Notes under the pieces: generated by a model | The model's input: the letters and a program-made list of their open reading frames with translations, nothing else | What the model was told of the DNA's origin: nothing | Databases searched by the model: none | IMG/VR virus record: IMGVR_UViG_3300025154_000124 | Location: 1-54,578 of that record | Direction: 5' to 3' (one strand) | Length of the DNA: 54,578 bases | From: a virus | Taxonomy: Duplodnaviria > Caudoviricetes | Shown: piece by piece, positions 34,116 through 44,598 of the stretch | Layout of the letters: each line of letters begins with the position of its first letter | How positions within the stretch are numbered: the first letter of the stretch is position 1 | Made by a program: the position numbers and the translations under genes

Positions 34116-36964
34116 GCCTCTTATCTGGCCTAAATGATCAACAACTGAAGGCGGTCACATCCGATAGTCCAACCATACTCAATCTAGCTGGGGCAGGATC
34201 TGGAAAAACCAGAGTCCTGACCTCACGAATAAATTATCTTCACCAAGAGAAGCGAGTAGGCACCAGCAACATACTCGCCATAACCTTCACTCGTCTTGCG
34301 GCCAAGGAAATGAAAGAGCGGGTCATGCATCTAGTTGGAACGAGCGAGGGTCATAAGTTAACGATCGGGACATTTCATAGTTTCTGTGTACGAATCCTCA
34401 AGGAGTGGGGTCATCTAGTTTCGTTAGAGAAGAACTTCACCATCTATACAGAGGATGATCGGAGAGCCATTATTCAGTCGTGCATTAATGAGCTTGGATA
34501 TAAGGTTAAATTGCAGGATGTCCTAGATAATCTTTATAAAGATCTTTCTGATTGGGATGTTTCGTTAGTAAGGGTACTTGAAGAATACGAATACCGATTA
34601 AAGCGGAACAACGCCGCAGATCTCGATGGCTTGTTAGTTCTCGCGAAGGATGTACTTTCTTTTCCTCAAGCTCAAGCGGAATTACAAAACCGGTACCGAT
34701 ACGTTTTCGTTGATGAGTTTCAGGACACCAACGACATACAGCTTGAGATTATCAATCTACTTAATCCGGATAACCTTTTCGTGGTAGGAGACGACTTTCA
34801 ATGTTGGGCTAAGGATGGACTAGTTACCACACTTCAAGGGGATATACCTATTGCAAATCTCCAAGTTGGTGATCGGGTATTGTCAATGGTGAAGGGCAAG
34901 GTAGAGTTTGCAGATGTAACAGGAAAGAGTAATCCCATTATCAAAGAGATACTTAGTATTAAAACTAAGTCCGGAAAGGTACTGAGAGTAAGTCCGGAAC
35001 ACAAATGCTTTACTACATTACCTTCGTTTGATAAAGGTAGACACTATCTTTATCTCATGTATCGGAAGGATAAAGGGTTTAGGATTGGTTTATTAACAGG
35101 AGGTCTTTACGGAACTTTATTTAGTCGAACTCACCCCGAAAGGCCCGAGAGATTATGGTTATTAGCTGGATTCGATGATAAAGACGATGCAGCGTATAGC
35201 GAAGAATATCTCTCGCTTAAATATAACGTGCCGACTAATCCTTTTTATCATAACGGTAGGAACATATCGTTAGGTCAATCTTCTTTAGATAAATTATTTG
35301 CTGAATTTGGCGAAAACGGACAAAGCGTATTGTATCACTTTGGTTATGAATTTGATTACCCTCATTACGTGCCCCAAGGAACCGTTAAGTACAATTCTCG
35401 TATTATCAATATTAATCTTCTTCTGAACTTACCAAAAAACGGAACCATGGTTAGTTATGAAAGTGGTGGAGAAAGGGTAAGGAAAGTATTTTGTAATTCA
35501 CAAGGCTATAAAGATGCTAGACTCTTTGCTGAAAAATTAGCTAAGGAAAAGGGAGCAAATGTAATTGTAGAAAAATATTCGCATGATAAACACAAATATC
35601 TAAGCGTTATTCCGGCTAATCAATTACTTATTACTATGAAGATTCCGGTTATTGAAGATAGAACGGAAATTCTGGATGAGATTATTGAAATTAGTCGAGA
35701 ATCTAAGCAAGAAGTTTATCACGTAGAAGTAGCAAGGACAGGGATATTAATTGTGAATAATGTCGTTAGTCATAATTCCATCTATCAGTTCCGAGGGGCA
35801 AATGTCCAAAACATCATTGATTTCCCGAACAAATATTATGGTTGCGAAGTCGTAAAACTCGAACGCAATTACCGGTCGACAAAGCAGATTGTTTCAGCAG
35901 CAAATGCGCTGATTAAACACAATGTCAGTCAGACAGAGAAGGTGCTGATTGCCGATCGCGATGGTGCAGATATTACTTATCTAGTTATGCTGGATGAAGG
36001 CGTTGAGGCAATGAATGTTGCTGACATGATAAGTGCAGAGTTCAAGCTGACGGAAACGTGGTCAGATATAGCAGTCCTGGCGCGAACGAATCGACAGCTT
36101 CAAAAGATCAAAGAAAACCTAGATCGGCGAAACATTCCATCCCTGATCGTTTCAAGCCAAGATGATGTCTTCAAGAAACATGATATCAGAATGATTATTG
36201 CGTTTATCGAGGCGGCAATTAACCCGCTAGATGATATGAACGTCCGCAAGGTGATCAATTTCCCTGAGGCGAGACTTACTGATCTTGACATTCAAAACCT
36301 TGAATTAAAGGCGCTCAATATCGGACAGAGTCTCTCGGAAGTAATGCAAATAGGAACAGTGAAGGAAAGACTTTTTTATCAACTCTTAGAATCGGCTAAA
36401 GAAAGTTCCGAAGAACGCGAAACCGCCCTCGAGGTAATCGAAGAAGCAATACATCAACTTGACCTCAGGTATCACTACTACAATGAGGGCCTAAATAACC
36501 GGGCAGAAGATCTTGTAACAATGTTTACTGAGGTAGAACGATGGCAAAACGTTCAAGAGTCACTGGGCGAACCCAACGGCATCTTTTCTTTTCTGAAATG
36601 GCTCCGAATGAAGGATATTCAGGAAAAGTTAGTTCAAGAAAAAGTAGATGTAGTCAAGTTAATGACGGTTCATGCATCAAAAGGCCTAGAATTCCCGGTC
36701 GTATTCGTAATTGGCATGAACCAAAATGTTTTCCCCAGCAAGAGAACGGAGGACATGGAAGAGGAACGCCGGTTGTTCTACGTTGCAATCACCAGAGCGA
36801 AGGACCGGTTATATCTTACTCGCCCGGAGCAAAGGGTGGCTTATCCTGGTGGGCCAATGGTTCTACAAGCCGAGAGTCAATTTATTAGGGAAATTAACAT
36901 CGAGCAGTCGAGAGGGACAAGTCAGTCGCAAGGAAAGGTAGTGGGGTTTGAATGGTTGGAGTAG
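34112..36964 (+). CDS. UvrD/PcrA-family SF1 helicase containing an intein
   Basis: AGAGSGKT, VDEFQD, VGDDFQ|...|SIYQFRGA, NYRS, MTVHASKGLEF and EERRLFYVAITRAK motifs. Confidence 0.95.
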   Translation: MSLLSGLNDQQLKAVTSDSPTILNLAGAGSGKTRVLTSRINYLHQEKRVGTSNILAITFTRLAAKEMKERVMHLVGTSEGHKLTIGTFHSFCVRILKEWGHLVSLEKNFTIYTEDDRRAIIQSCINELGYKVKLQDVLDNLYKDLSDWDVSLVRVLEEYEYRLKRNNAADLDGLLVLAKDVLSFPQAQAELQNRYRYVFVDEFQDTNDIQLEIINLLNPDNLFVVGDDFQCWAKDGLVTTLQGDIPIANLQVGDRVLSMVKGKVEFADVTGKSNPIIKEILSIKTKSGKVLRVSPEHKCFTTLPSFDKGRHYLYLMYRKDKGFRIGLLTGGLYGTLFSRTHPERPERLWLLAGFDDKDDAAYSEEYLSLKYNVPTNPFYHNGRNISLGQSSLDKLFAEFGENGQSVLYHFGYEFDYPHYVPQGTVKYNSRIININLLLNLPKNGTMVSYESGGERVRKVFCNSQGYKDARLFAEKLAKEKGANVIVEKYSHDKHKYLSVIPANQLLITMKIPVIEDRTEILDEIIEISRESKQEVYHVEVARTGILIVNNVVSHNSIYQFRGANVQNIIDFPNKYYGCEVVKLERNYRSTKQIVSAANALIKHNVSQTEKVLIADRDGADITYLVMLDEGVEAMNVADMISAEFKLTETWSDIAVLARTNRQLQKIKENLDRRNIPSLIVSSQDDVFKKHDIRMIIAFIEAAINPLDDMNVRKVINFPEARLTDLDIQNLELKALNIGQSLSEVMQIGTVKERLFYQLLESAKESSEERETALEVIEEAIHQLDLRYHYYNEGLNNRAEDLVTMFTEVERWQNVQESLGEPNGIFSFLKWLRMKDIQEKLVQEKVDVVKLMTVHASKGLEFPVVFVIGMNQNVFPSKRTEDMEEERRLFYVAITRAKDRLYLTRPEQRVAYPGGPMVLQAESQFIREINIEQSRGTSQSQGKVVGFEWLE
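34802..35776 (+). mobile_element. Intein (325 aa) in helicase motif III
   Basis: Begins with Cys (CWAKDGLV), has block B SPEH, ends VVSHN followed by Ser; removal restores GDDFQSIYQFRGA. Confidence 0.93.
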
Positions 36965-36997
36965 ATTCCATCGAGGTAGATATGAAAGACGCGGTGG

Positions 36998-38182
36998 ATG
37001 TCGATGGGTGAAACAAAAATAGAGTGGGCTTCTCATACGTGGAATCCAATTTCGGGCTGCACTAAGATATCTACCGGCTGCCAAAACTGTTACGCAGAAC
37101 GAATGAGTAAGCGCCTAGCTGGGCGTTGCGGATACCCGAAGGATGAGCCATTCAAGGTTACCGTCCACCAAGATAAATTCATTGAGCCTTTGACGTGGAG
37201 GAAGCCGCGCCGGGTTTTTGTAAATTCAATGAGTGACTTATTTCATCCTGATGTTAAGGATGACTGGATTTTGGCCGCGTTTGTAGCAATGGGCCTTACC
37301 TACGAACACACAGGAGAAATGAAAGAAGTATCACCGGGTCATAAAACAGCAATACACAAGCCAAAGCATATCTTCATGATACTTACGAAACGTCCTGAGA
37401 GAATGAGAGACTTTATTAATCGTCTTGTTTCTGGCGAGCCAGACGAAGAGTGGGATAATAGAGCAAATTATTTCGCTACTCAATTAGCTGGCGCAAACGG
37501 AGCGATATTGCCAGGTAATGCAATATTCACAGTTATGGCATGGATTAGAGATGGAATGCCCGGTCTCTGGCTTGGCGTCTCCGTCGAGAACCAAGCCGCA
37601 GCAGGCGAACGGATACCTTTGTTATTACAGACGCCTGCAGTAGTTCGGTTTATCAGTGCGGAGCCGTTGTTGTCAGAAATCAACCTAAGTAGATATTTAA
37701 AACAGCCTATTTGTAAGCACTGGAGCCGAGATGGAGATCCGAATAAATATGGTAAATACCACTGGGAGAAGCAATCACTTTTTAGTGCCGATTGGGTTGG
37801 TATCGATTTGGCTATATGCGGTGGAGAATCAGGACCAGGCGCGCGGCCAGTGCATCCGGATTGGGTTAGATCCCTACGGGATCAATGCCAGGCGGCAGGA
37901 ACTAAGTTTTTCTTCAAGCAGTGGGGAGAGTTTAAGGAGGTACACCGTTACAACTCTTGGCCAAAATATCGCGACACAGTTGGGAGAGTAGCAAAAGCAA
38001 TTGGAACAACACATTCCGGCCGAGCTGCCTTATTAAATGTTGACGGTTCAGATCTAGTCAATGGTGGTCCCGATCATAAGTTTTTTCCCATCAGCCATCT
38101 TGAACGAGTTGGTAAGAAGCAAGCCGGGCGCGAATTGGATGGTCGGACGTGGGACGAGATACACGAGGTAGGCGAATCGTGA
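36998..38182 (+). CDS. Phage Gp37/Gp68 (DUF5131) family, radical-SAM-like
   Basis: TKIEW..TWNP..GC.K.S.GC.NCYA, FVNSMSDLFH, LTKRP, SAEPLL, GGESG and FFFKQWG motifs. Confidence 0.9.
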   Translation: MSMGETKIEWASHTWNPISGCTKISTGCQNCYAERMSKRLAGRCGYPKDEPFKVTVHQDKFIEPLTWRKPRRVFVNSMSDLFHPDVKDDWILAAFVAMGLTYEHTGEMKEVSPGHKTAIHKPKHIFMILTKRPERMRDFINRLVSGEPDEEWDNRANYFATQLAGANGAILPGNAIFTVMAWIRDGMPGLWLGVSVENQAAAGERIPLLLQTPAVVRFISAEPLLSEINLSRYLKQPICKHWSRDGDPNKYGKYHWEKQSLFSADWVGIDLAICGGESGPGARPVHPDWVRSLRDQCQAAGTKFFFKQWGEFKEVHRYNSWPKYRDTVGRVAKAIGTTHSGRAALLNVDGSDLVNGGPDHKFFPISHLERVGKKQAGRELDGRTWDEIHEVGES

Positions 38183-39774
38183 ACCCTCAAAGAGAGATTA
38201 TAGTTGACAACTTTTGTGGCGGTGGGGGAGTAAGTACAGGGTGCAAGAAGGCAACTGGAAGAAGTCCTGATATTGCTATAAATCACGACCAAGAAGCAAT
38301 TAGTATGCACGCCGTCAATCATCCGGAAACGAAACATTACCGCGAAGATGTTTGGCAAGTGGATCCGCGAAAGGCAACAAGCGGGCAACCTGTGGCCCTA
38401 GTATGGTTAAGTCCAGATTGTAAGCACCATAGCAGGGCTAGAGGTGGAAAACCGAAGGATAAGAACATTCGAGGCCTTGCTTGGGTAGGCATAAGGTGGG
38501 CGGCTACGGTAAAACCTCGGGTGCTTATACTTGAAAACGTTGAGGAGTTTCAAGACTGGGGACCATTGACGAAGGATAACCTTCCGGATCCTAAGCAAAA
38601 GGGCAGAACGTTCCGGGTTTTCGTAAATGCTCTTAAGTATCAAGGATATAAAGTGGAGTGGCGAAAACTAAAAGCTTGTGATCATGGGGCCCCAACGACC
38701 AGGGAAAGACTATTCATGGTGTCCCGGAGTGACGGAAAACCTATTGTCTGGCCTAAACCTACTCACGGAGATCCCAATAGCCCTGAAGTTAAATCAGGCA
38801 AGTTGAAGCCATGGAGGACTGCCGCTGAAATTATTGACCTCGAATTGCCTAGTCCGTCTATCTTTGAAACTGTGGCTGAGATTAAGGAGAAGTACAACCT
38901 TAAGGCTGTAAGGCCTCTGGCCGACAAAACAATGAAGCGAATAGCCAAAGGATTGGACAAGTTCTTCATAAAGAATCCAGAGCCCTATATTGTTCAAGTT
39001 AACCATGGTGGCGATAACTTCAGGGGACAGAGTATCCATGAACCAATGCCAACTCTTACGGCAAAGCACGGATATGGAATAGTGGCGCCAACACTCTTAC
39101 AATATCACGACAGCCCCGAAGCCAGAGGGCAAACGGTTGGTAGACCCATATTAACGATTGATTCATCACCAAGATACGCGTTAGTGTCTGCCTACCTGAT
39201 TAAGTACTATGGACAAGGTGTGGGTCAGGAAGTAACAGAACCTCTGCACACCGTTACCAGTAAGGACCGTAGCGCGCTTAGTGTCGTCCATATCGTCAAG
39301 TTCAAGGGCGACAATAAGGGGCAGATGGTTAACGCTCCCTTGCAAACGATAACTGCAAGCATCGGGCAATTTGGGGTAGTAAAAACATATTTGAGAAAAA
39401 CAAACGGAACCGATGGACTCGGGCATTGGCCGAAAGTCCGGACGATGCTGAACGAATATTGTGATTACCATATCGGTGAAGATGAAATTCTCATAATCGA
39501 GATTGACGGAGAGAAGTATTTCATCAGCGATATTGGACTCAGGATGTTAACGCCAAGGGAGCTATTTAATGCCAATGGTTTTCCGTCAGACTACATCATC
39601 GATCATGACAGTGAGGGCAAGAAGCTTTCTAAGGCCACGCAGGTTGCGAGGTGCGGAAACGCAGTACCACCACCATTCGCGGAGCATCTTATTAGGGCCA
39701 ATTTGCTTGAACTGTGTACCGGAAGTGTCGATGGTGAAGGAGTAGGAATGGAGCAATTAGCGCTTTTAAACTGA
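38179..39774 (+). CDS. DNA cytosine-5 methyltransferase
   Basis: DNFCGGGG, SPDC, LENVEEF, R.RLF, RMLTPREL and GNAV motifs; GTG start overlapping the previous stop. Confidence 0.92.
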   Translation: MNPQREIIVDNFCGGGGVSTGCKKATGRSPDIAINHDQEAISMHAVNHPETKHYREDVWQVDPRKATSGQPVALVWLSPDCKHHSRARGGKPKDKNIRGLAWVGIRWAATVKPRVLILENVEEFQDWGPLTKDNLPDPKQKGRTFRVFVNALKYQGYKVEWRKLKACDHGAPTTRERLFMVSRSDGKPIVWPKPTHGDPNSPEVKSGKLKPWRTAAEIIDLELPSPSIFETVAEIKEKYNLKAVRPLADKTMKRIAKGLDKFFIKNPEPYIVQVNHGGDNFRGQSIHEPMPTLTAKHGYGIVAPTLLQYHDSPEARGQTVGRPILTIDSSPRYALVSAYLIKYYGQGVGQEVTEPLHTVTSKDRSALSVVHIVKFKGDNKGQMVNAPLQTITASIGQFGVVKTYLRKTNGTDGLGHWPKVRTMLNEYCDYHIGEDEILIIEIDGEKYFISDIGLRMLTPRELFNANGFPSDYIIDHDSEGKKLSKATQVARCGNAVPPPFAEHLIRANLLELCTGSVDGEGVGMEQLALLN

Positions 39775-39792
39775 AGTGAAGAAGGTGAAGAA

Positions 39793-40713
39793 GTGGGCAG
39801 GAAGGTTTTTGTCACCAGTGATATAAGCATTGATGAGAATTTAATTATAGTTGCTGAGCGTGATCCATTGGCGGCTCTAATCTGGCCTTGGATTCTAACC
39901 GCGCTTGATGACTGGGGAAGGGCTGAAGCCAAACCTAGGATGCTCAAGGCGAAAGTGTTTCCTTGTAACGTCATGATCACAATTGAGTCTATAGAGACGG
40001 CATTGAGTCTTTATCATGACGTCGGGCTGATTGAGCTTTACGAGGTAGCAAATAAACCATACTTGTCGGTTTCTCCTGATAAATGGTTTAAATATCAAAC
40101 CCATATCAGGAAGGACAAACGAAATGTTGACGAGTCGAAATATCCAGCCCCACCAATTGCGCGAGTTTGCGCGGAGATGCGCGAGGTTCGCATGCAAAAA
40201 GAACCGGAATATCTGCAAAACGAACCTTCACCTTCACCTTCACCTTCACCTTCACCTTCACCTTCACCTTTATATACGGATGATAATGATACGTGCGCGA
40301 GGGAAAGTGAAAAAACGGATAAGCCAATTTTAGGGCAGGTCCTTGATTACGCAGAAAAGGCATGGGGTAGACTTATTGTCCATAAGGAGATTGAGGTAAT
40401 TACTCTCGCCATGAACGACTTAACGACCAGGGGGAGCAAGGAGACCAAAGAGTTGATCTGCGATGCAATCGATAGGTGTAGCGGGTACAACGTCAGGAAT
40501 GCAAAATACTTGGACGGTATAATCCGCCAGTGGCTTGACAAGGGAATCTTGAGCATAGATACCCTAAAGCGTGACGATGAGGCGTTCGGTAAAAAGAAAG
40601 AGCGAGCGAGCCCGAAAGGAGTTAAGCCGAATGAAAAGCATCCAGGAGATTCTGAGCCATGGAAAGACGACCCCTACATGCAAGCAATGTTCGGGCCAAA
40701 GCCAGAAGACTAA
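39793..40713 (+). CDS. Replication initiator (lambda O-like N-terminus, DnaD-like C-terminus)
   Basis: DDWGR, W.KYQ, Ser-Pro linker and YLDGIIRQW; directly upstream of a DnaC-like loader. Confidence 0.8.
   Translation: MGRKVFVTSDISIDENLIIVAERDPLAALIWPWILTALDDWGRAEAKPRMLKAKVFPCNVMITIESIETALSLYHDVGLIELYEVANKPYLSVSPDKWFKYQTHIRKDKRNVDESKYPAPPIARVCAEMREVRMQKEPEYLQNEPSPSPSPSPSPSPSPLYTDDNDTCARESEKTDKPILGQVLDYAEKAWGRLIVHKEIEVITLAMNDLTTRGSKETKELICDAIDRCSGYNVRNAKYLDGIIRQWLDKGILSIDTLKRDDEAFGKKKERASPKGVKPNEKHPGDSEPWKDDPYMQAMFGPKPED
40225..40270 (+). repeat. (CCTTCA)7+ microsatellite encoding a Pro-Ser linker
   Basis: Seven perfect hexamers plus CCTT. Confidence 0.9.
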
Positions 40714-41476
40714 TAAATTCGGACTTTATCACACTGGTGCCAATTACAACCTTGCGCCGGTTGAAAAAACATACAACTGCCCGAAGTGTCAGGATAGGGA
40801 AATCGTCGAAATTGGGGAAGACGCAAATGGGTTCCCGATTTACGCTGAATGTTCCTGTAAATCAAAAAGGATAGCGTCCCTAAAACTGAAGTCGTCGGGG
40901 TTAAGGCAGCATCAACTTAGATACAACCTCGAAGACTACGTCATCAACGAAGGGAACCGAAACATGCTTGAGGGGGTAAGGCGATACCTAGGAGCGTGGC
41001 CAATGTTAATTAACTCAGACTCATCGTCAAAAGGCTTTTTCCTAGTTGGGAACCCCGGGATCGGAAAGACAATGCTTTCTTGCATCATCGCGAAGGACAT
41101 GCTTGATAAAGGGGTTTCGGTCATATTTGTATCTTCTGCCGATTTACTTGCTGAGTTGAGACAAGCTCAGTTTTCGAAGAACGAGGAAGGCATAGAGGCC
41201 AAGATAGATGCGTTAGCTAAAGCACCTGCGCTGATCCTCGACGACATTGGCAAGGAAAAGCCCACTGAATGGGTGCAGAGTATGTACTACCGCCTGATTG
41301 ATCTAAGATACCGTAATAACTTACTGACGGGATTCAACGCTAACTATTTCCCCAAAGAACTGACTGGGCGATTGGGAGATTTCGGGGAAGCAACGGTGTC
41401 GAGGATCTTAGGTGTTACGAGAGATCATTTTCTATACGCTAAGGATCTTGATCATAGGATAGTCAGGGATTCGTAA
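40631..41476 (+). CDS. DnaC/IstB-like helicase loader
   Basis: CPKC..CSC zinc site, GNPGIGKT, LILDDIGKE; ATG 40631 after AAAGGAG. Confidence 0.9.
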   Translation: MKSIQEILSHGKTTPTCKQCSGQSQKTNKFGLYHTGANYNLAPVEKTYNCPKCQDREIVEIGEDANGFPIYAECSCKSKRIASLKLKSSGLRQHQLRYNLEDYVINEGNRNMLEGVRRYLGAWPMLINSDSSSKGFFLVGNPGIGKTMLSCIIAKDMLDKGVSVIFVSSADLLAELRQAQFSKNEEGIEAKIDALAKAPALILDDIGKEKPTEWVQSMYYRLIDLRYRNNLLTGFNANYFPKELTGRLGDFGEATVSRILGVTRDHFLYAKDLDHRIVRDS

Positions 41477-42859
41477 GTAAGTGCGAGAAATTCTATCTGT
41501 GAGGTGAAAAACAAATGTCTAAAACATCCTTCGACGAGTCAAAAGCCCTAGCCCTTTACCATGCCCACAAAACCGATACCGAAATAGCCAAAGGAGTCGA
41601 CTCCCTAACCGCAACCATCCGGAATTGGCGAAAGTACAGAGGCCTGCCGAACATATCCCCCAACGCAAGACCAAGAGCAAGAGCAAGTTACCCTCAAGCA
41701 AGAAAAATCATTAACCAGGTAAAGGGAATAGGGGGGGGTGGATTATCGCGAAGCGCTAAGCCCTTCGCAAGCCGAAGCCATGAATCGATTCCTCCGAGCA
41801 CTAGCTTACGCGGGACAAGAGTGTGCGAAAGCAGGGATAAGGCCCGACGTGAACGGAGCCATAAACGCCTGGAGTGGCAGAACCAAGAGTGATGCAGGAA
41901 TTAAAGCAGATAACTCGCGGAGATATAAGGAGCGGGTGGCCAATGCCAAGAAGTAGCCATGCAAACTCTCGAACATACGGATCCAAGCTTATCGGGCCAA
42001 AAACGGATGAGGTAACGACTGAATTTCCTGTGAAAACGAGGATGTGCGACATTGATCATCTAAACCGCACTGGCGAAGTTAGATATATCGATGAGGAGGA
42101 AAAGGGCATGCCGACGATTGATCAAAAAGCGAACACTAAGAAGCTCCGAGCCGATATCACGACCATTGAGCAATTTGATGCAATCGGAAATTACGCGGCT
42201 GTTGCCAAGAAATATCATGTCGCTACCATGACCGCTCACGGACTCATGAAATCATTGAGATCCAAGAAAGAGAAGGAGGAAAAACAAATGATCAACAACG
42301 CTGTCAAAACAAGTGACACGAAGGTTGAGGAAACCGTAGATATCCTACCAGGGGAGGAAGTAGCCACTTCTGACGAGTCAAAAGGCATAGTTGCGGTAGA
42401 TTGCCCAAAAGAGGACAAGGAAGAGGCTGTCGATACCCTTCTTGGCAAGATGAGCACAAAGACAGGTCGCTACATTTGTGTAGGTTGCGGCGAGGGAGTC
42501 GTAGACGCTGTGGGAGTTTATGCTCAATCCAGTCTATGCCAAAGTTGCAGTGAGGCCTTGGTTGCGGAGGAACAAGGAGTAAACCAAAATCTGGTGGAAG
42601 AACAGCTGTCAGACGTGGAGTTCGATTGGGTTATGTCTAAGGTTAAGGTTCAAGAGGTTAATCAGGAGGTTAATCCGGAAGAAACGCTGGAAGAAATCGA
42701 TAAGCTCATGGACAAGTTGGATGGAAATCTAACTCTGCAAATTGGTCACATGTGGAAGGTTGTCGAGTCTGATTTGGAGATTATCCACAAATTGTACATG
42801 GAACGCGCTGAAAGGGAATACGACGAACAGTTATCGAGGGTGATGATGGGTGAAAAAAC

Positions 42860-43225
42860 ATGCTTGAATGCTACTCCTGCCTAAAGAATGTTCAACACGA
42901 TGGAAAATGCGGAGGAAAATGTGGTTCTCGACCTTGCTTGATATTTGAACGTGATCCGCGCGGAGTCAGAGTATACGAGGACAAAACTAAGTTCAAACTT
43001 GACTTTGACGATGATATTCCGGAGATCGGAAAACCTGCTCGGAATTGGCTGCTTAGCGGCGTAAACAAAACCATTACATTCACAAAGATTCGCAAAGTTG
43101 AGTGGAATAAGGATGCTCGGGGATTACATGGGATTTACGTTTGGGCTGATTACTGGTACTGGTCGGATGAGAATGGGGAGTTGCCGCCAGAGAAGCCAAA
43201 GTTGAGGCTTGTCGACAGGAAGTAG
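42860..43225 (+). CDS. Hypothetical Cys-rich protein
   Basis: ORF in the post-replication operon. Confidence 0.5.
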   Translation: MLECYSCLKNVQHDGKCGGKCGSRPCLIFERDPRGVRVYEDKTKFKLDFDDDIPEIGKPARNWLLSGVNKTITFTKIRKVEWNKDARGLHGIYVWADYWYWSDENGELPPEKPKLRLVDRK

Positions 43226-43254
43226 ACAAATGGGAAATCGAGGAGGAGTAAATC

Positions 43255-43536
43255 ATGAGGAAGCTAATTACCCTATCTGTTCTTTCAGTTCTCCTGCTCA
43301 CTGGTTGTGGGTCCGATCAGGCCCAAACCGTACCACAACCAGTTGAGCAGGAAGATGAGGATGAAATGGGTTGGTTCGCTGATGAAGTTCTAGACATGGA
43401 TGATTGGGGCGAAAAGAAAAAGCATAAAACTAAAACTGAAGTCGTTAAACCTCTCAGCCCTAAACCTTCGGTGGACACAAAATCAACTACAAAACCAAAA
43501 GTAAGTACGAGTAAAAAGAATCCAAAAGGGCGGTGA
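43255..43536 (+). CDS. Putative lipoprotein
   Basis: MRK + hydrophobic stretch + lipobox LLTGC; GAGGAG RBS. Confidence 0.7.
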   Translation: MRKLITLSVLSVLLLTGCGSDQAQTVPQPVEQEDEDEMGWFADEVLDMDDWGEKKKHKTKTEVVKPLSPKPSVDTKSTTKPKVSTSKKNPKGR

Positions 43537-43624
43537 AGTTTAATGCAATTTGGTCTAGGATTAATCCTCGGTGGCATGATCGGCATGATAATAACTGCTC
43601 TAATGGTAGCGTCGAGCAGGGCAG

Positions 43625-44239
43625 ATGAGGAGGTTAGGAAGAGTTATGAGTAAGGGTCCAGAAATGAATCCATCGGAAACCTATCATGTGCCCTTAGGCG
43701 AGCAGAAACGCGAGAGGATGGATGAGTTAAAGGGAAAGCATGGAAGAGAGATTAAGTTTCGTGGCAAAAAGGTAAACAACGACGTATGGGTTTTCGGAGA
43801 TTTATGCCGAGATAAGGATATCGAAATGGTTGCCATACTCAAGAAGTCGAGTAAGCCTTATGCGTTATCCGACAGTAAGGAAGCGGAGACATACTTTTAC
43901 TTTATATTGATGGAGGTTAAGCCCGAAACGGTCGGGCAGTTCACTGGGCTTAAGGACAAGAATGGCGTGGAGATTTTCGAGGGGGATATCCTAGGGCTTT
44001 ATGTCAGAGGCGAAGGCGTAAGAAGATTTGTAGTTGAAATAGGCACTGTGATCCGCGATGTAATAAGCCGCCATGGTTTTATTGATAAAATAGTTAAGGT
44101 AGCAATAACGGGCGTTGTATTCAATTGGAATGGTTACCAATTGTTACCTTGTGTAGATGCGGAAGGATTAAGCGATAGCGAGAAAATGGAAGTTATTGGG
44201 AACAAATGGGATAATCCTGAATTGATGGCGCAAGGATGA
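43625..44239 (+). CDS. YopX family protein
   Basis: REIKFRGK, ETVGQFTGLKDKNGVEIFEGDI and EVIGN.WDNPEL motifs; true start probably downstream. Confidence 0.9.
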   Translation: MRRLGRVMSKGPEMNPSETYHVPLGEQKRERMDELKGKHGREIKFRGKKVNNDVWVFGDLCRDKDIEMVAILKKSSKPYALSDSKEAETYFYFILMEVKPETVGQFTGLKDKNGVEIFEGDILGLYVRGEGVRRFVVEIGTVIRDVISRHGFIDKIVKVAITGVVFNWNGYQLLPCVDAEGLSDSEKMEVIGNKWDNPELMAQG

Positions 44240-44598
44240 AGCATCTTGAGTCCTCAGAACAGCAAGCCTTATTCTCCTGGGCAAAACTAATGCGGCCCCA
44301 ACACCCTGAACTCTCGCTCCTCCATAGCATCCCAAACGGAGGCAAGAGAAATGTCCGAGAGGCAACACGACTAAAAAAAGAAGGAGCATTGGCAGGGGTT
44401 AGCGATATCTTCCTGCCGGTGGCTCGGGGTGGTTTTCACGGGCTGTACATCGAGTTGAAAGTAAAGGGTGGAAAGTTGTCGGATAACCAAAAATGGTGGA
44501 TAGAGGAAGTTTCTCTACAGGGTTACATGGCAACAACTTGCATCGGATGGGTCAAGGCGAGTGAGGTCATTAAAGGGTATTTAGAGATGGAGGAATAA
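44236..44598 (+). CDS. VRR-NUC domain nuclease (Holliday junction resolvase-like)
   Basis: IPNGGKR, LKKEG..AGVSD, LYIELK and Q..W motifs. Confidence 0.88.
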   Translation: MKHLESSEQQALFSWAKLMRPQHPELSLLHSIPNGGKRNVREATRLKKEGALAGVSDIFLPVARGGFHGLYIELKVKGGKLSDNQKWWIEEVSLQGYMATTCIGWVKASEVIKGYLEMEE

